Positions 21,498-31,132 of a DNA stretch of 64,000 nucleotides are shown one piece after another. Both the position numbers and the translations under genes were made by a program. Position 1 is the first letter of the stretch. Every line of letters starts with the position of its first letter. The notes below the pieces were generated by a model that saw only the letters and a list, made by a program, of their open reading frames with translations, had not been told where the DNA came from and made no database searches. This DNA is from Nitrospirales bacterium. Its GTDB lineage: Bacteria > Nitrospirota > Nitrospiria > Nitrospirales > UBA8639. The stretch spans positions 64,001 to 128,000 of the forward strand of contig OY729426.1 of the NCBI GenBank assembly GCA_963422365.1. The letters run 5' to 3'.

Positions 21498-23255
21498 TTA
21501 CTTCGCACCGGCAGGCATCGGGGCCCCTTGCGGCGACTCTGTCTTTTGGCCAGTGGTTCTTAACGTCACCACAATGGCGAAACTCACGACCAGATAAAAA
21601 ATCAAGGTGACACCCGTAATCCACCAGGCGGAATAGGCCAACGTGGGCGTAAAGGATTCCGGCGTAAAGTCAGGTACGAGGTTATATACATGGTAATATT
21701 TTCTCGTGAGGGACCGAACCGTCCCCATCAAGCCCATCGTCCAGATTGCACTAAATGCCAGAAAGATCAGGACGAACTGGGACGTGAAGTCGATTTTCCC
21801 CCAAATAATGGTTCCGCTCCGAATGGCCCGGTTATAGAGAATATAGTTGACGATGGTCAGAAAGACCAACGTAAACGCGGCCGCATTTTTCGCCGGCATC
21901 AGCGCCAATTCACTTGCCCAGGAAGGCAGTTCCAATTCTTCAGTGGCCAACGCCTGAGTCGCCACAAATCCGTGTGGCGTCATCCAGATGGCATTGGCGA
22001 CCACAATCATCAAAAATCCGACCTTGATCATGGTGAAGGACGACACGGTAAATCGTAAACCCGGAAACCTGCTCAGAATCGGCGGAAGAATGATCAGTAA
22101 CGCCAAAAAGATCAGCGACTGCCATTCCGGTGGCGGGAACATTTTCCAAGCAACCCCCATGACCGCTGGAATGAGAATCACGGCAACCATGACCAGTCCA
22201 GACATACGGACCCGCTCCACACCTTGAATCCGCTTCATACTCAGCCAGATATAATAGTTGCTGGCTAAAAAGATCAGGCCGACCATGGCGCCTTGCATTT
22301 CAAAAAACATCGAAAGTTGGTCTGCCATCATGTACGGACAGATCGAAGCATCGTAATCACACAGTTCATAGGCCAAGAGATATCCCATGAAGGGGAGAAA
22401 CAAGAGGGCACCCACACCAATCAGATTTCCTACAAACCCCATCCAGTCATAGTACGAGCGCTCTTCATCCGTCTTGGCTCCCATATACATATACGCCGCC
22501 ACAAGTCCCGCTATGAACCCACCGAACGTCACGTTTCCAACCAACCGATGGAGATTCAAGGGCATCCAGCTATAATTGGCGACCTTGTCCCACAAGCCCG
22601 CCGTTTGGATAAATTCAATCAGGGAGATCCCTTCTACGGATTTGGCAGGCGTGTTCATAAACGCCGTGGGACCATCAATCACAAACAACGTGACCGTTCC
22701 TACCACGTTCAACAAGACCCCCAAGGCAATATGTCTGGCTTTCTTTGCGCCCTTCAGAGAATCCCAGGAGTAAAAATACGTGTACAGCACAATGGTTTCG
22801 AGAATAAACAGGAGTGGATACACCAGGGCAAAGATCAGGAAAAAATGCTTGATGAGCCACGTCGTGAAATCAGGATAGGTGGCAAGCAAGACGAAAATAA
22901 ACAGCCCGCCGGTCAAGGCTGTCATACTATATAAGATCACCGTGACTTTGGTGACTTCCTTGGCTAATCGATCATACTTCGGGTCTTGGTTTTTGTAACC
23001 CAGCCATTCCGAAACCACAGCAAATATTGGGGCTCCCAGAATAAAAGCCGCAAACAAAATGTGGAGTTGGGCCACGATCCACACCCCCGTCCGATTCCCG
23101 GTATACGGAAACTCCACAGCTGGGGGAGGCGGAACCTGGGCAGAGGCGATAGCAAGCCCCCCGAGCACAAGTCCTAGCAACACAACAAGACTGCGGGTGA
23201 AGGTTTTCAAGGGTGGTGGCCCTCCTTGGTTATGACTGAATTTGTAGGGCCGCAT
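21498..23255 (-). CDS. Cytochrome bd-like oxidase subunit I (CydA-like), copy 2
   Basis: AQLHILFAAFILG, NLHRLVGN, WMTPHG; paralogous to 15767..17626; alternative TTG start at 23210 after AAGGAGG. Confidence 0.85.
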   Translation of the reverse strand: MRPYKFSHNQGGPPPLKTFTRSLVVLLGLVLGGLAIASAQVPPPPAVEFPYTGNRTGVWIVAQLHILFAAFILGAPIFAVVSEWLGYKNQDPKYDRLAKEVTKVTVILYSMTALTGGLFIFVLLATYPDFTTWLIKHFFLIFALVYPLLFILETIVLYTYFYSWDSLKGAKKARHIALGVLLNVVGTVTLFVIDGPTAFMNTPAKSVEGISLIEFIQTAGLWDKVANYSWMPLNLHRLVGNVTFGGFIAGLVAAYMYMGAKTDEERSYYDWMGFVGNLIGVGALLFLPFMGYLLAYELCDYDASICPYMMADQLSMFFEMQGAMVGLIFLASNYYIWLSMKRIQGVERVRMSGLVMVAVILIPAVMGVAWKMFPPPEWQSLIFLALLIILPPILSRFPGLRFTVSSFTMIKVGFLMIVVANAIWMTPHGFVATQALATEELELPSWASELALMPAKNAAAFTLVFLTIVNYILYNRAIRSGTIIWGKIDFTSQFVLIFLAFSAIWTMGLMGTVRSLTRKYYHVYNLVPDFTPESFTPTLAYSAWWITGVTLIFYLVVSFAIVVTLRTTGQKTESPQGAPMPAGAK

Positions 23256-23300
23256 CTTATGCGGCCAATATGCCCCAATAGAATCTGGAAATGCCCCGCG

Positions 23301-23870
23301 TTACTGTGGAGCTTCCTCAGAAGTTCCCTCGCTTGGAGGTTTACTCCCATCAGCGCCAGAGACCGCTGGAGCATCGGCCATTCCTTCAGGAACCCATTTT
23401 TTTTGAGTAACACTATATTCCATGCCTTTCAAGCCGAACGTGGCTTCATAGGCAATCACTTTCCACCGATCCTCTTCAGAAAGCTTGGATTTCCAAGCTT
23501 TCATTTTAGTGCCTTTGACCCCTTCAGAGACGCGCCAGAACCATTGGGAATCAGAGAACAATTTCATATGCTCACCCTGACGAAAATCTCGGGCACCCGC
23601 CTTAACCGGTTTTCCATCTTTCCCATGACAACTGGCGCAATTGACGTCGATATTTTCCGCACCGATAAAGATGGCTCGGCCTTGCTCGATAATGTCTGGA
23701 TTATTCCAATGGCCTTCCGGCATATGCTTATCGGCATACTCCGGTGGCGCTGGGGGTGGTGGGGCCGGTGGCTTGGCTTCCCCACAGGCTGACAATGTTA
23801 ATCCCATCGACACGACAGCAACGGCACCCCACATCTTTCGGCTCGCATCTTTCTCCATAACCCCCCCCAT
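23301..23870 (-). CDS. Monoheme cytochrome c lipoprotein
   Basis: Lipobox LSAC, Pro-rich linker, CASCH, GTKM. Confidence 0.85.
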   Translation of the reverse strand: MGGVMEKDASRKMWGAVAVVSMGLTLSACGEAKPPAPPPPAPPEYADKHMPEGHWNNPDIIEQGRAIFIGAENIDVNCASCHGKDGKPVKAGARDFRQGEHMKLFSDSQWFWRVSEGVKGTKMKAWKSKLSEEDRWKVIAYEATFGLKGMEYSVTQKKWVPEGMADAPAVSGADGSKPPSEGTSEEAPQ

Positions 23871-24383
23871 CTTCGCTTTTTCATATCAACAAATAGTCTG
23901 AGCGTCAAAAAGAGAACTCCTTCCTTTTTCTCTTCACCTCAAAAAAAATGACTGTCTCTCACACAACGGGCCACATAGCCACGGCTCTAGAACTGAACTC
24001 TTTTCAATTCGATGAGACAGTCATTTCCAGGATGGAAGATTCTCTCAACCTAACAAGATGAAATCCTTTCTCAAAATATCAATTATGACAAACGCTTCCT
24101 AGACTCCCGTATCCTTCTTTCCCTCTATCTACCTATCCAGCAAGGATGACCGGACCGGGCATTTTCTTTTTTTAAGCGCGATGGCCCGCCTAGACGAGCC
24201 ATAACCTGGTCATGATGAGGGATAGCGTAAGATGGGCTGCCTAAAATCGAGTCCCGGACTTGCCACTTGGGAAAACCTATCCAGATAATTCGTTTTTCCT
24301 TTGGGAGCCAAACAAGCAGTACCACCTCAACGCTTAAGCAACCTTTTTACAGGAAGGAAAATCACAGTCAAAATATCCGTGAT

Positions 24384-24413
24384 CTTCTAGCACATGGGGC
24401 TTTCATCTGTCAA
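24384..24413 (-). promoter_or_regulatory. Candidate sigma70 promoter for the respiratory cluster
   Basis: TTGACA-N18-TAGAAG with an extended -10 TG, about 510 nt upstream of the first gene. Confidence 0.4.
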
Positions 24414-24562
24414 GAATCAGGCTCCTGAAAAGGTCTAAGGCTGATGAACCCTCTCATGTGTGAGGGGGTGGGCATCGGGCGTTGTCGAATGATGCACCCA
24501 TGACACGTTGCCGGCTGGTTTTCCAACAATCCAGGAATACGGGTGGGCGGAACATGGGCGCT

Positions 24563-24907
24563 CTACGGATTCCTGTCCGCCTGGTTTTTCTCAACCCAGG
24601 CTTCCCATGATTTTCCTGAAGCCGTATCTTGCCCTGTAAAATGAACGGCCTGAATCTCGCGATAGAAAATTTTTCGGGGATCGGGGTGATCCGGTTGGAA
24701 TATTTCCACGTAGGAATGAGGGTCGTCAAAAACCCGATTCAAAAGGTACCCGCTCATGGATTCTCGAGACTTCAGTTCCAGGGTAATATCGCCTCGGTAA
24801 TCAAAAGCCAATTCAATGACTTCTAGCAGTTCTTCGTGGGAGCCTGGACGAAAAACCGCTCCCTGGAGGCTTTTGGGGGAAGTACCATCAGGTACGTCCT
24901 GAGACAT
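24563..24907 (-). CDS. Hypothetical protein downstream of hpnH
   Basis: MSQDVP...ELAFDYRGDITL...GKSWEAWV; protein-like composition, co-oriented with hpnH. Confidence 0.65.
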   Translation of the reverse strand: MSQDVPDGTSPKSLQGAVFRPGSHEELLEVIELAFDYRGDITLELKSRESMSGYLLNRVFDDPHSYVEIFQPDHPDPRKIFYREIQAVHFTGQDTASGKSWEAWVEKNQADRNP

Positions 24908-24948
24908 AGACACCGTGGAATGGAACTGGAAAACCCGAAAACGGGCAG

Positions 24949-25965
24949 TCAGGTCACGTTGGGGAACAGCGTGGCCTTGACGGTTCCGGCAAACCCAGAC
25001 CACGAACTAAAGGTTTCTTCTACGGCTGAGGCTTCGTACCCGCAATGCACCATGCAGTCCTGACATTTCTCATTTCGCCCCACGCCATATTGCTCCCACG
25101 CCGTAGACTCGAGCAATTCTTTGAAACTCGACACATAGCCATCCTGCAAGAGGTAGCAGGGTTTTTGCCAACCAAAAACATTATAGGTTGGATTTCCCCA
25201 TGGGGTGCATTGATAATCACGCTTGCCCATGAGAAATTCTAAAAACAGGGGGGATTGGTTAAACCGCCACCGGCGTTTTCGCTTCGTGAGTACATGAGAA
25301 AACAGTTCCTGCGTCCGATGTCGTTTCAAGAAGCTATGTTGGTCCGGAGCCTTTTCGTAACTATAGCCAGGGGAGATCATCATCCCCTCCACCCCAAGAT
25401 CCATCATCTCATCAAAAAAGGCTCGTACGCGTTGCGGATTTGCATCGTTGAACAAGGTCGTGTTGGTGGTGACTCGGAACCCTTTTTTGAGAGCCGTTTT
25501 GATCGCTTGAATCGCCACATCGTAAACCCCATCACGACACACCGCGAAATCATGCTCATCTCGCAACCCATCCATATGGATACTAAAGGTCAAATAGTCG
25601 GAAGGTTCGTATTCCTCAATTTTTCGTTCTAAGAGAATGGCATTCGTGCACAAATACACATATTTTTTGCGCTGCACCAACCCTTGAACGATATCCGACA
25701 TCTCGGGATGAATGAGCGGCTCCCCGCCGGGGATGCTGATAACAGGGGCTCCACATTCTTCAGCCGCCGCCCAACATTGTTCAGGCGTTAACCGTCGATC
25801 CAACACATGATCAGGATATTGGATTTTCCCGCAACCGGCACAAGCCAGGTTGCACCGAAAGAGCGGCTCCAACATCAACACCAGTGGGTAACGTTTCACG
25901 CCCTTGAGTTTTTGCGAGACAACGTACCTGACAACAGTTGCCATCTGGGAAACAGGAACGGCCAT
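24949..25965 (-). CDS. hpnH: Adenosylhopane-forming radical SAM enzyme
   Basis: LMLEPLFRCNLACAGCGKI (CxxxCxxC), CTPWGNPT, CMVHCGYE; hopanoid context. Confidence 0.92.
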   Translation of the reverse strand: MAVPVSQMATVVRYVVSQKLKGVKRYPLVLMLEPLFRCNLACAGCGKIQYPDHVLDRRLTPEQCWAAAEECGAPVISIPGGEPLIHPEMSDIVQGLVQRKKYVYLCTNAILLERKIEEYEPSDYLTFSIHMDGLRDEHDFAVCRDGVYDVAIQAIKTALKKGFRVTTNTTLFNDANPQRVRAFFDEMMDLGVEGMMISPGYSYEKAPDQHSFLKRHRTQELFSHVLTKRKRRWRFNQSPLFLEFLMGKRDYQCTPWGNPTYNVFGWQKPCYLLQDGYVSSFKELLESTAWEQYGVGRNEKCQDCMVHCGYEASAVEETFSSWSGFAGTVKATLFPNVT

Positions 25966-26111
25966 GGTTTTCCCATGATCCTTTCTACTCGACGTACGCG
26001 ATGACATTGTCCATCGATCGACATTACTCTGCCAGAGGGTAGAGACACTTACCTCTTCGACGATAAACAGCCCTCCCTCATGCGCGAACCTTCCACAGGG
26101 TGAAAGGGAAA

Positions 26112-26187
26112 TGGAGGCGCCGAGCGGGATCGAACCGCTGAATCGCAGTTTTGCAGACTGCTCCCTTAGCCACTTGGGTACGGCGCC
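26112..26187 (-). tRNA. tRNA-Cys (GCA)
   Basis: GGCGCCGTACCCAAGTGGCTAAGGGAGCAGTCT-GCA-AAACTGCGATTCAGCGGTTCGATCCCGCTCGGCGCCTCCA, 76 nt with CCA. Confidence 0.96.
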
Positions 26188-26195
26188 CGCACGAT

Positions 26196-26224
26196 ATTAT
26201 AACAAGGCGCCAGAACCCTGACAA
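26196..26224 (-). promoter_or_regulatory. Sigma70 promoter for tRNA-Cys (possibly also hpnH)
   Basis: TTGTCA-N17-TATAAT ending 8 nt before the tRNA 5' end. Confidence 0.75.
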
Positions 26225-26288
26225 GAAGACGGCATAGAACCCCAACAACTCACCTTCAGCAGAGAAATCTTTCATTGGACTCCGTAAG

Positions 26289-27464
26289 CTAGCGTGAGGG
26301 CAAAACGGGAAGGTCACGACTCACGGATCCACCGTGAGAAGCGCTGGCAACGCGGGAAGCATTCGCAGTGAATGAGGCGGACGCCTCCTCATCCGAGTTG
26401 TCCTGTTCCAACGCCATCAACTCGACTTCATCAATGAGCACATCCATCAATGCTTCTGATGGCACTTTTTTAACAAGCTTCCCTTTTTTGAACAAAATTC
26501 CCATGCCCTGTCCGCCCGCAATGCCGATATCCGCCTCTTTTCCTTCACCAATGCCATTCACCACACATCCCAGGACGGACACATTCAAGGGCATGTGAAT
26601 GTGGCTTAACCGTTTTTCTAATTCATTGGCCATTCGCACCACGTCAATTTCGACCCGTCCACAGGTCGGACACGCAATGACATTCACTCCGCGATGGCGA
26701 AGTTCAAGGGACTTAAGAATTTCAAAACCGACCTTTACTTCTTCCACGGGATCAGCGGCCAGAGACACTCTCAAGGTATCGCCGATACCTTGGGACAATA
26801 ACCAACCTAATCCGACAGCGGATTTGACGGCACCGGTCATCACCGTCCCTGCCTCGGTGATACCGATATGAAGCGGATAATCCGATTGATGGGCAAATAA
26901 CCAATACGCGTCAACGGCCATGTGGACATCAGAAGCTTTTAACGACACCTTCATATTCGTGAAGCCCATATCCTCGATGGCATGGACAACATTCAACGCT
27001 GACTCTGCCAAGGCCTCTGCTGTGGGATACCCGTACTTATCCAAAAGTGGGCGCTCTAACGAACCGCCGTTGACTCCAACCCGAAGGGGAATGCCTCGGT
27101 CTTGCACCGCTTTGATGACTTCGGCCAATCTCCACCACGGCCCGATATTCCCGGGATTGATGCGAACACAATCCACCACTTCAGCCGCTTTGACCGCCAA
27201 CCGATGGTCAAAATGCACATCCGCAATCAAGGGAATCGATATGCGTGATTTGATTTCAGGAAGGGCCTCGGCGGCCTCTTGATCTGGCACGGCAACCCGT
27301 ACGAGTTCACACCCAACCTCTTCCAACTGATGAATTTGTTCGACGGTTCCTTGAACGTCACGCGGATGCGGGACGGTCATGGACTGGACGACAATGGGAG
27401 CCCCTCCCCCAATCTTGACGGAACCCACCTGGGTTTGTTTGGTTTTTTTTCGCGTAATCCGCAT
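26289..27464 (-). CDS. ispG: HMBPP synthase
   Basis: IVVQSMT, ADVHFD, RINPGNIG, CPTCGR, GCVVNG.GE. Confidence 0.96.
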   Translation of the reverse strand: MRITRKKTKQTQVGSVKIGGGAPIVVQSMTVPHPRDVQGTVEQIHQLEEVGCELVRVAVPDQEAAEALPEIKSRISIPLIADVHFDHRLAVKAAEVVDCVRINPGNIGPWWRLAEVIKAVQDRGIPLRVGVNGGSLERPLLDKYGYPTAEALAESALNVVHAIEDMGFTNMKVSLKASDVHMAVDAYWLFAHQSDYPLHIGITEAGTVMTGAVKSAVGLGWLLSQGIGDTLRVSLAADPVEEVKVGFEILKSLELRHRGVNVIACPTCGRVEIDVVRMANELEKRLSHIHMPLNVSVLGCVVNGIGEGKEADIGIAGGQGMGILFKKGKLVKKVPSEALMDVLIDEVELMALEQDNSDEEASASFTANASRVASASHGGSVSRDLPVLPSR

Positions 27465-27482
27465 CCGGCAAGACTATTTTCT

Positions 27483-29375
27483 TCAGGTCAACACTGATTG
27501 AACGGAGACGTGAGCGAATAATTGTTTAGCTTGTTGATAAATGCCGTCCGCCGTCAAGCCATATTTCTCTCGAAGCAAATATTGAGGCCCTTGTTCAATG
27601 AACCAGTCCGGCAAGCCCACACACTTCGTCGGCACATGGATGCATGCCTCGGAGAGGAACTCGAGGACTGCGGATCCGAAGCCGCCCATTGTTGAAGATT
27701 CTTCTATTGTGAGCAGACACTTCACGTGCTTCGCCACGGTTCCAATCAAATGACCATCAAGAGGTTTGACGAATCGTGCGTTAATCACCGCAACGGAAAT
27801 TCCTTCTTGTTCCAACCGCTCGGCTGCTTCCATGCCCTTATGGACCATGACACCGATCGCCACCAACGCAATGTCCGTGCCTTCTCGTAACCATTCACCT
27901 TTGCCCAGGGGCAGCACTTCCGGCATCGGGTCCATTGCCACCCCTACACTTGAGCCCCGAGGATAGCGAACAGCGACAGGCCTGTTATAACTGATACACG
28001 ACTTGACCATATGCTGTAATTCATTTTCATCCTTGGGGGCCATAATCACCATGTTCGGCATATGCCGGAGGTAAGCAAAATCAAACGCCCCATGGTGTGT
28101 GGTCCCATCCTCAGCCACGAGTCCACCTCGATCAATACAGAACGTCACCGGAAGATTCTGCGTCGCCACATCATGAATCACTTGGTCATAAGCCCGTTGC
28201 AGGAAGGTCGAATAGATAGGAATCACCGGCCTCATGCCTTGTGCCGCCATTCCTGCAGCAAACGTGACGGCATGTTGCTCGGCGATCCCAACATCATAGA
28301 GACGATCGGGAAAGATTTTTTCAAAAGCGGTTAACCCTGTCCCTTCACACATCGCAGCCGTAATCGCCACAATGCGCGTATCTTCTTTGGCCAATTGAAT
28401 AAGCGTATTGATGGCGACGCCGCTATACGAGGGTCTCGTGGCTTTGGTCTTGGGTGTCCCTGTGTCGAGGTCAAAGGGCGCACTGGCATGAAACCACACC
28501 GGATTGTTCATGGCCGGTTCATAGCCCAATCCTTTTTTCGTGACCACATGCAATAACGTCGGGGCATCCAGCTTGAGTACATTCTCCAAGGTAGGCAACA
28601 AATGCCCAAATTCATGGCCATCAATGGGCCCGACATACCGAAACCCCAATTCCTCAAACAACAATCCGGGCAGCAGCAGCCCTTTGGCCAACTCTTGAGC
28701 CCGACGGGCCATTTTCTTCGCCGGTTCACCAATGCGAGGAATCGCGCCCAGCATGTGATTTGTCTCTTCTTTTATTCGAGCGCAAAACTCACCCGTAATC
28801 GTCCGGTTGAGATAGGCGGAAATCGCCCCGACGTTTTTCGAAATCGACATTTGATTATCGTTCAAAATCACCAACAGGTCTTTCTGTAAACTACCCGCTT
28901 GCTGAAGACCCTCCAGGGTTAACCCTGAAGTCAACGCGCCATCTCCAACAACACAGACGACCTTGTGCGATTGTGTTCGTTGCTCACGGGCTTCCACAAA
29001 TCCCACCGCAGCGGAGACACCCGTGCCGGCATGGCCAGCATTAAACGTGTCATACACACTTTCTTCTCGCTTGCCAAACCCACTTAATCCACCGAACTGC
29101 CGAATGGTATGAAACTGTTCTCGACGCCCGGTCAACAACTTATGGGCATAGGTCTGATTGCTGGTATCCCAGACAATCAGATCTTCGGGAGTGTTCAACA
29201 AATAATGAAGTGCGACGGTCAGTTCAACGACGCCAAGATTAGAAGCGAGATGCCCGCCCACATTCGATATGACGGAAAGAATATGCTCCCGAATTTCCTG
29301 GCAAAGTTGCGGAAACTGTTCAGGAGAAAATTTTTTGAGGTCAGCCGGGCTTTCGATCCTTTTCAGGATAAACAT
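27483..29375 (-). CDS. dxs: 1-deoxy-D-xylulose-5-phosphate synthase
   Basis: GGHLASNLGVVELTVALH, GDGA..G, DVGIAEQHAVT, DRGG. Confidence 0.96.
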   Translation of the reverse strand: MFILKRIESPADLKKFSPEQFPQLCQEIREHILSVISNVGGHLASNLGVVELTVALHYLLNTPEDLIVWDTSNQTYAHKLLTGRREQFHTIRQFGGLSGFGKREESVYDTFNAGHAGTGVSAAVGFVEAREQRTQSHKVVCVVGDGALTSGLTLEGLQQAGSLQKDLLVILNDNQMSISKNVGAISAYLNRTITGEFCARIKEETNHMLGAIPRIGEPAKKMARRAQELAKGLLLPGLLFEELGFRYVGPIDGHEFGHLLPTLENVLKLDAPTLLHVVTKKGLGYEPAMNNPVWFHASAPFDLDTGTPKTKATRPSYSGVAINTLIQLAKEDTRIVAITAAMCEGTGLTAFEKIFPDRLYDVGIAEQHAVTFAAGMAAQGMRPVIPIYSTFLQRAYDQVIHDVATQNLPVTFCIDRGGLVAEDGTTHHGAFDFAYLRHMPNMVIMAPKDENELQHMVKSCISYNRPVAVRYPRGSSVGVAMDPMPEVLPLGKGEWLREGTDIALVAIGVMVHKGMEAAERLEQEGISVAVINARFVKPLDGHLIGTVAKHVKCLLTIEESSTMGGFGSAVLEFLSEACIHVPTKCVGLPDWFIEQGPQYLLREKYGLTADGIYQQAKQLFAHVSVQSVLT

Positions 29376-29577
29376 AACTTTATCCTCTCATTGGCAATGC
29401 AGGAGAGAATTCCCAACTCTTTTATGGGAAAGTCAGAAAAGAGCCAAAGTCTCGCAAAGTTACTTGACGCTGTCAAGAAATCAACCTGGAGACCTTACGA
29501 AAACCTTCTGATCCTGTTTCGATCAGAAGGCTGAAGGGGAACGCATCAACGAGGAACTCTATTGGCTACAGCACGCC

Positions 29578-30249
29578 CTAAGACGGAGACTGAGTGGTCT
29601 TGCTTCGCAATTTTTCAAGAAGACCTTCAACTGATTCAGCCTTGATGATCCGTCCGAATTGGCTTCGAAAATTTTTGACCAAACTGACGCCGTCAATGAC
29701 CACATCATACACCCTCCAAGTATTCAAGCGTTTCAGCAAACGATAATAGAGGGAAATGGCTACTTTTTTGGAGAGAACCGTCGTTTGAACCTCTGCAAAA
29801 TCTCCCTTTTTCCGTTCTTTGAGGTATTCAACTTGCTCGCCGGAATAGCCATCAACATTTCCAGCATATGTCTTAGAGAGAAATCGCTGAAACAGGCTCA
29901 CGAATTCTTCCCGTTCGGCTTCGTTTAATTTCTGCCAATGCCTTCCTAAGGTTCTTTTCCCTATTTCTTTATAGTCAAAACGCTTTTCGATGATTTTTTC
30001 CAAGGCATTCAACCGTTCCTGGGCTCGTTCCGGTGCTTTAAGCGATTCATCCCCCAGGACCTTCAAGACCTCCTCAATGGTCTCTTTCATCGCCTCCGTA
30101 GGGGATCCTGTCTCCGCTAACAGGGGCGAAGACAATCCAAAAGTCAGCAACCCAAGAATCAATGCGTCAATCAGGATTTGGATTGGTGTTGTAACCGTTC
30201 TCATGATTCTTGGGGGTATCTGTGGCATAACCATTTCCTTTCTTGCCAA
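29578..30249 (-). CDS. MlaC/Ttg2D (HpnM-like) periplasmic lipid-binding protein
   Basis: Signal peptide; RTLGRHW, WRVYDVVIDGVSLVKNFRSQF. Confidence 0.85.
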   Translation of the reverse strand: MARKEMVMPQIPPRIMRTVTTPIQILIDALILGLLTFGLSSPLLAETGSPTEAMKETIEEVLKVLGDESLKAPERAQERLNALEKIIEKRFDYKEIGKRTLGRHWQKLNEAEREEFVSLFQRFLSKTYAGNVDGYSGEQVEYLKERKKGDFAEVQTTVLSKKVAISLYYRLLKRLNTWRVYDVVIDGVSLVKNFRSQFGRIIKAESVEGLLEKLRSKTTQSPS

Positions 30250-30316
30250 CGCATCAGGCTACAGGTGACACCGTCTTTTCTTCACCTTTACACAAATAAA
30301 GGAACTGATCAATGGG

Positions 30317-31078
30317 TCAAGCGCTCTTTCTTGCCATCGAGAAGAAGGTTTTAAAAAATCGAGTCAGTTGGGCCGAAGCCACATTTTTTTGCCGACGCAG
30401 TCGATTCAACGCCAGCCATATCCCGGGGGTTTTAGCAACAGCCCACACCCCTTGTAAAAACGTGCTGGGTTGGCAAAAAAGATTAAGGTCAAGGGGCAAA
30501 TCTTCCTCCACACCATCTGAAACCGATCGGACCACCAAGAATGGGATGCCCAGTTGGGCAGCCGACATCCCGATCGCCGCACTTTCCATGTCCAGACTAC
30601 TCGCTTCATTGGCCCTGCCAATGGCCCGCTTGTCTTGGGCCAACCACACAATATTCCTGACCGTGACCAACCGTCCGGATAAAACCGTGTTCTCTGATAA
30701 TTCTGCCGTGTTTTGAGCTTTTTGTCTATAGAAGGCGCTACAGAAAATCAAGGTGTTGAGAAAAGAACCCGTGCTGTTCGAATCCCGACAGACCACCTGC
30801 TCAGGAATGACCAAATCACCAATTTGTGAGGGAACCAGTGCCCCGGCAAACCCTGACGCAATCAACACAGTCCAAGGTCTTTTGTCCAAAACCGCCCGGC
30901 ATGCGACCTGAGCTTTAGCCAGCCCGACCCCGGTTTGGATGACAGCAACAAAACAAGAAGCATTCGCCCATCGACGCCATTTGACCCCGTCTACCAGTTC
31001 GACACGGCTCGCAGGCAACGCGTGCCCAATGGCCTTAAACTCCCAAGGGGTCGCAGCAAAGACGGCGATATTCTCCAG
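30317..31078 (-). CDS. hpnG: Adenosylhopane nucleosidase-like phosphorylase (PNP/MTAN family)
   Basis: TGVG, SGFAGAL, LDMESAA, RSVSD; frame extends upstream to a CTG at 31078 preceded by GGAG, adding ENIAVFAATPWE. Confidence 0.75.
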   Translation of the reverse strand: MENIAVFAATPWEFKAIGHALPASRVELVDGVKWRRWANASCFVAVIQTGVGLAKAQVACRAVLDKRPWTVLIASGFAGALVPSQIGDLVIPEQVVCRDSNSTGSFLNTLIFCSAFYRQKAQNTAELSENTVLSGRLVTVRNIVWLAQDKRAIGRANEASSLDMESAAIGMSAAQLGIPFLVVRSVSDGVEEDLPLDLNLFCQPSTFLQGVWAVAKTPGIWLALNRLRRQKNVASAQLTRFFKTFFSMARKSA

Positions 31079-31132
31079 GAAGCACTCCGGAAACTGTTGA
31101 AGTAAGAAAGGGCGACGGCCAATCGCCGGAGG

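Noticed and set aside
24125..24325. 66-aa ORF in the respiratory-cluster leader
   Set aside because: GTG start without a clear RBS and no recognisable motif; cannot be supported
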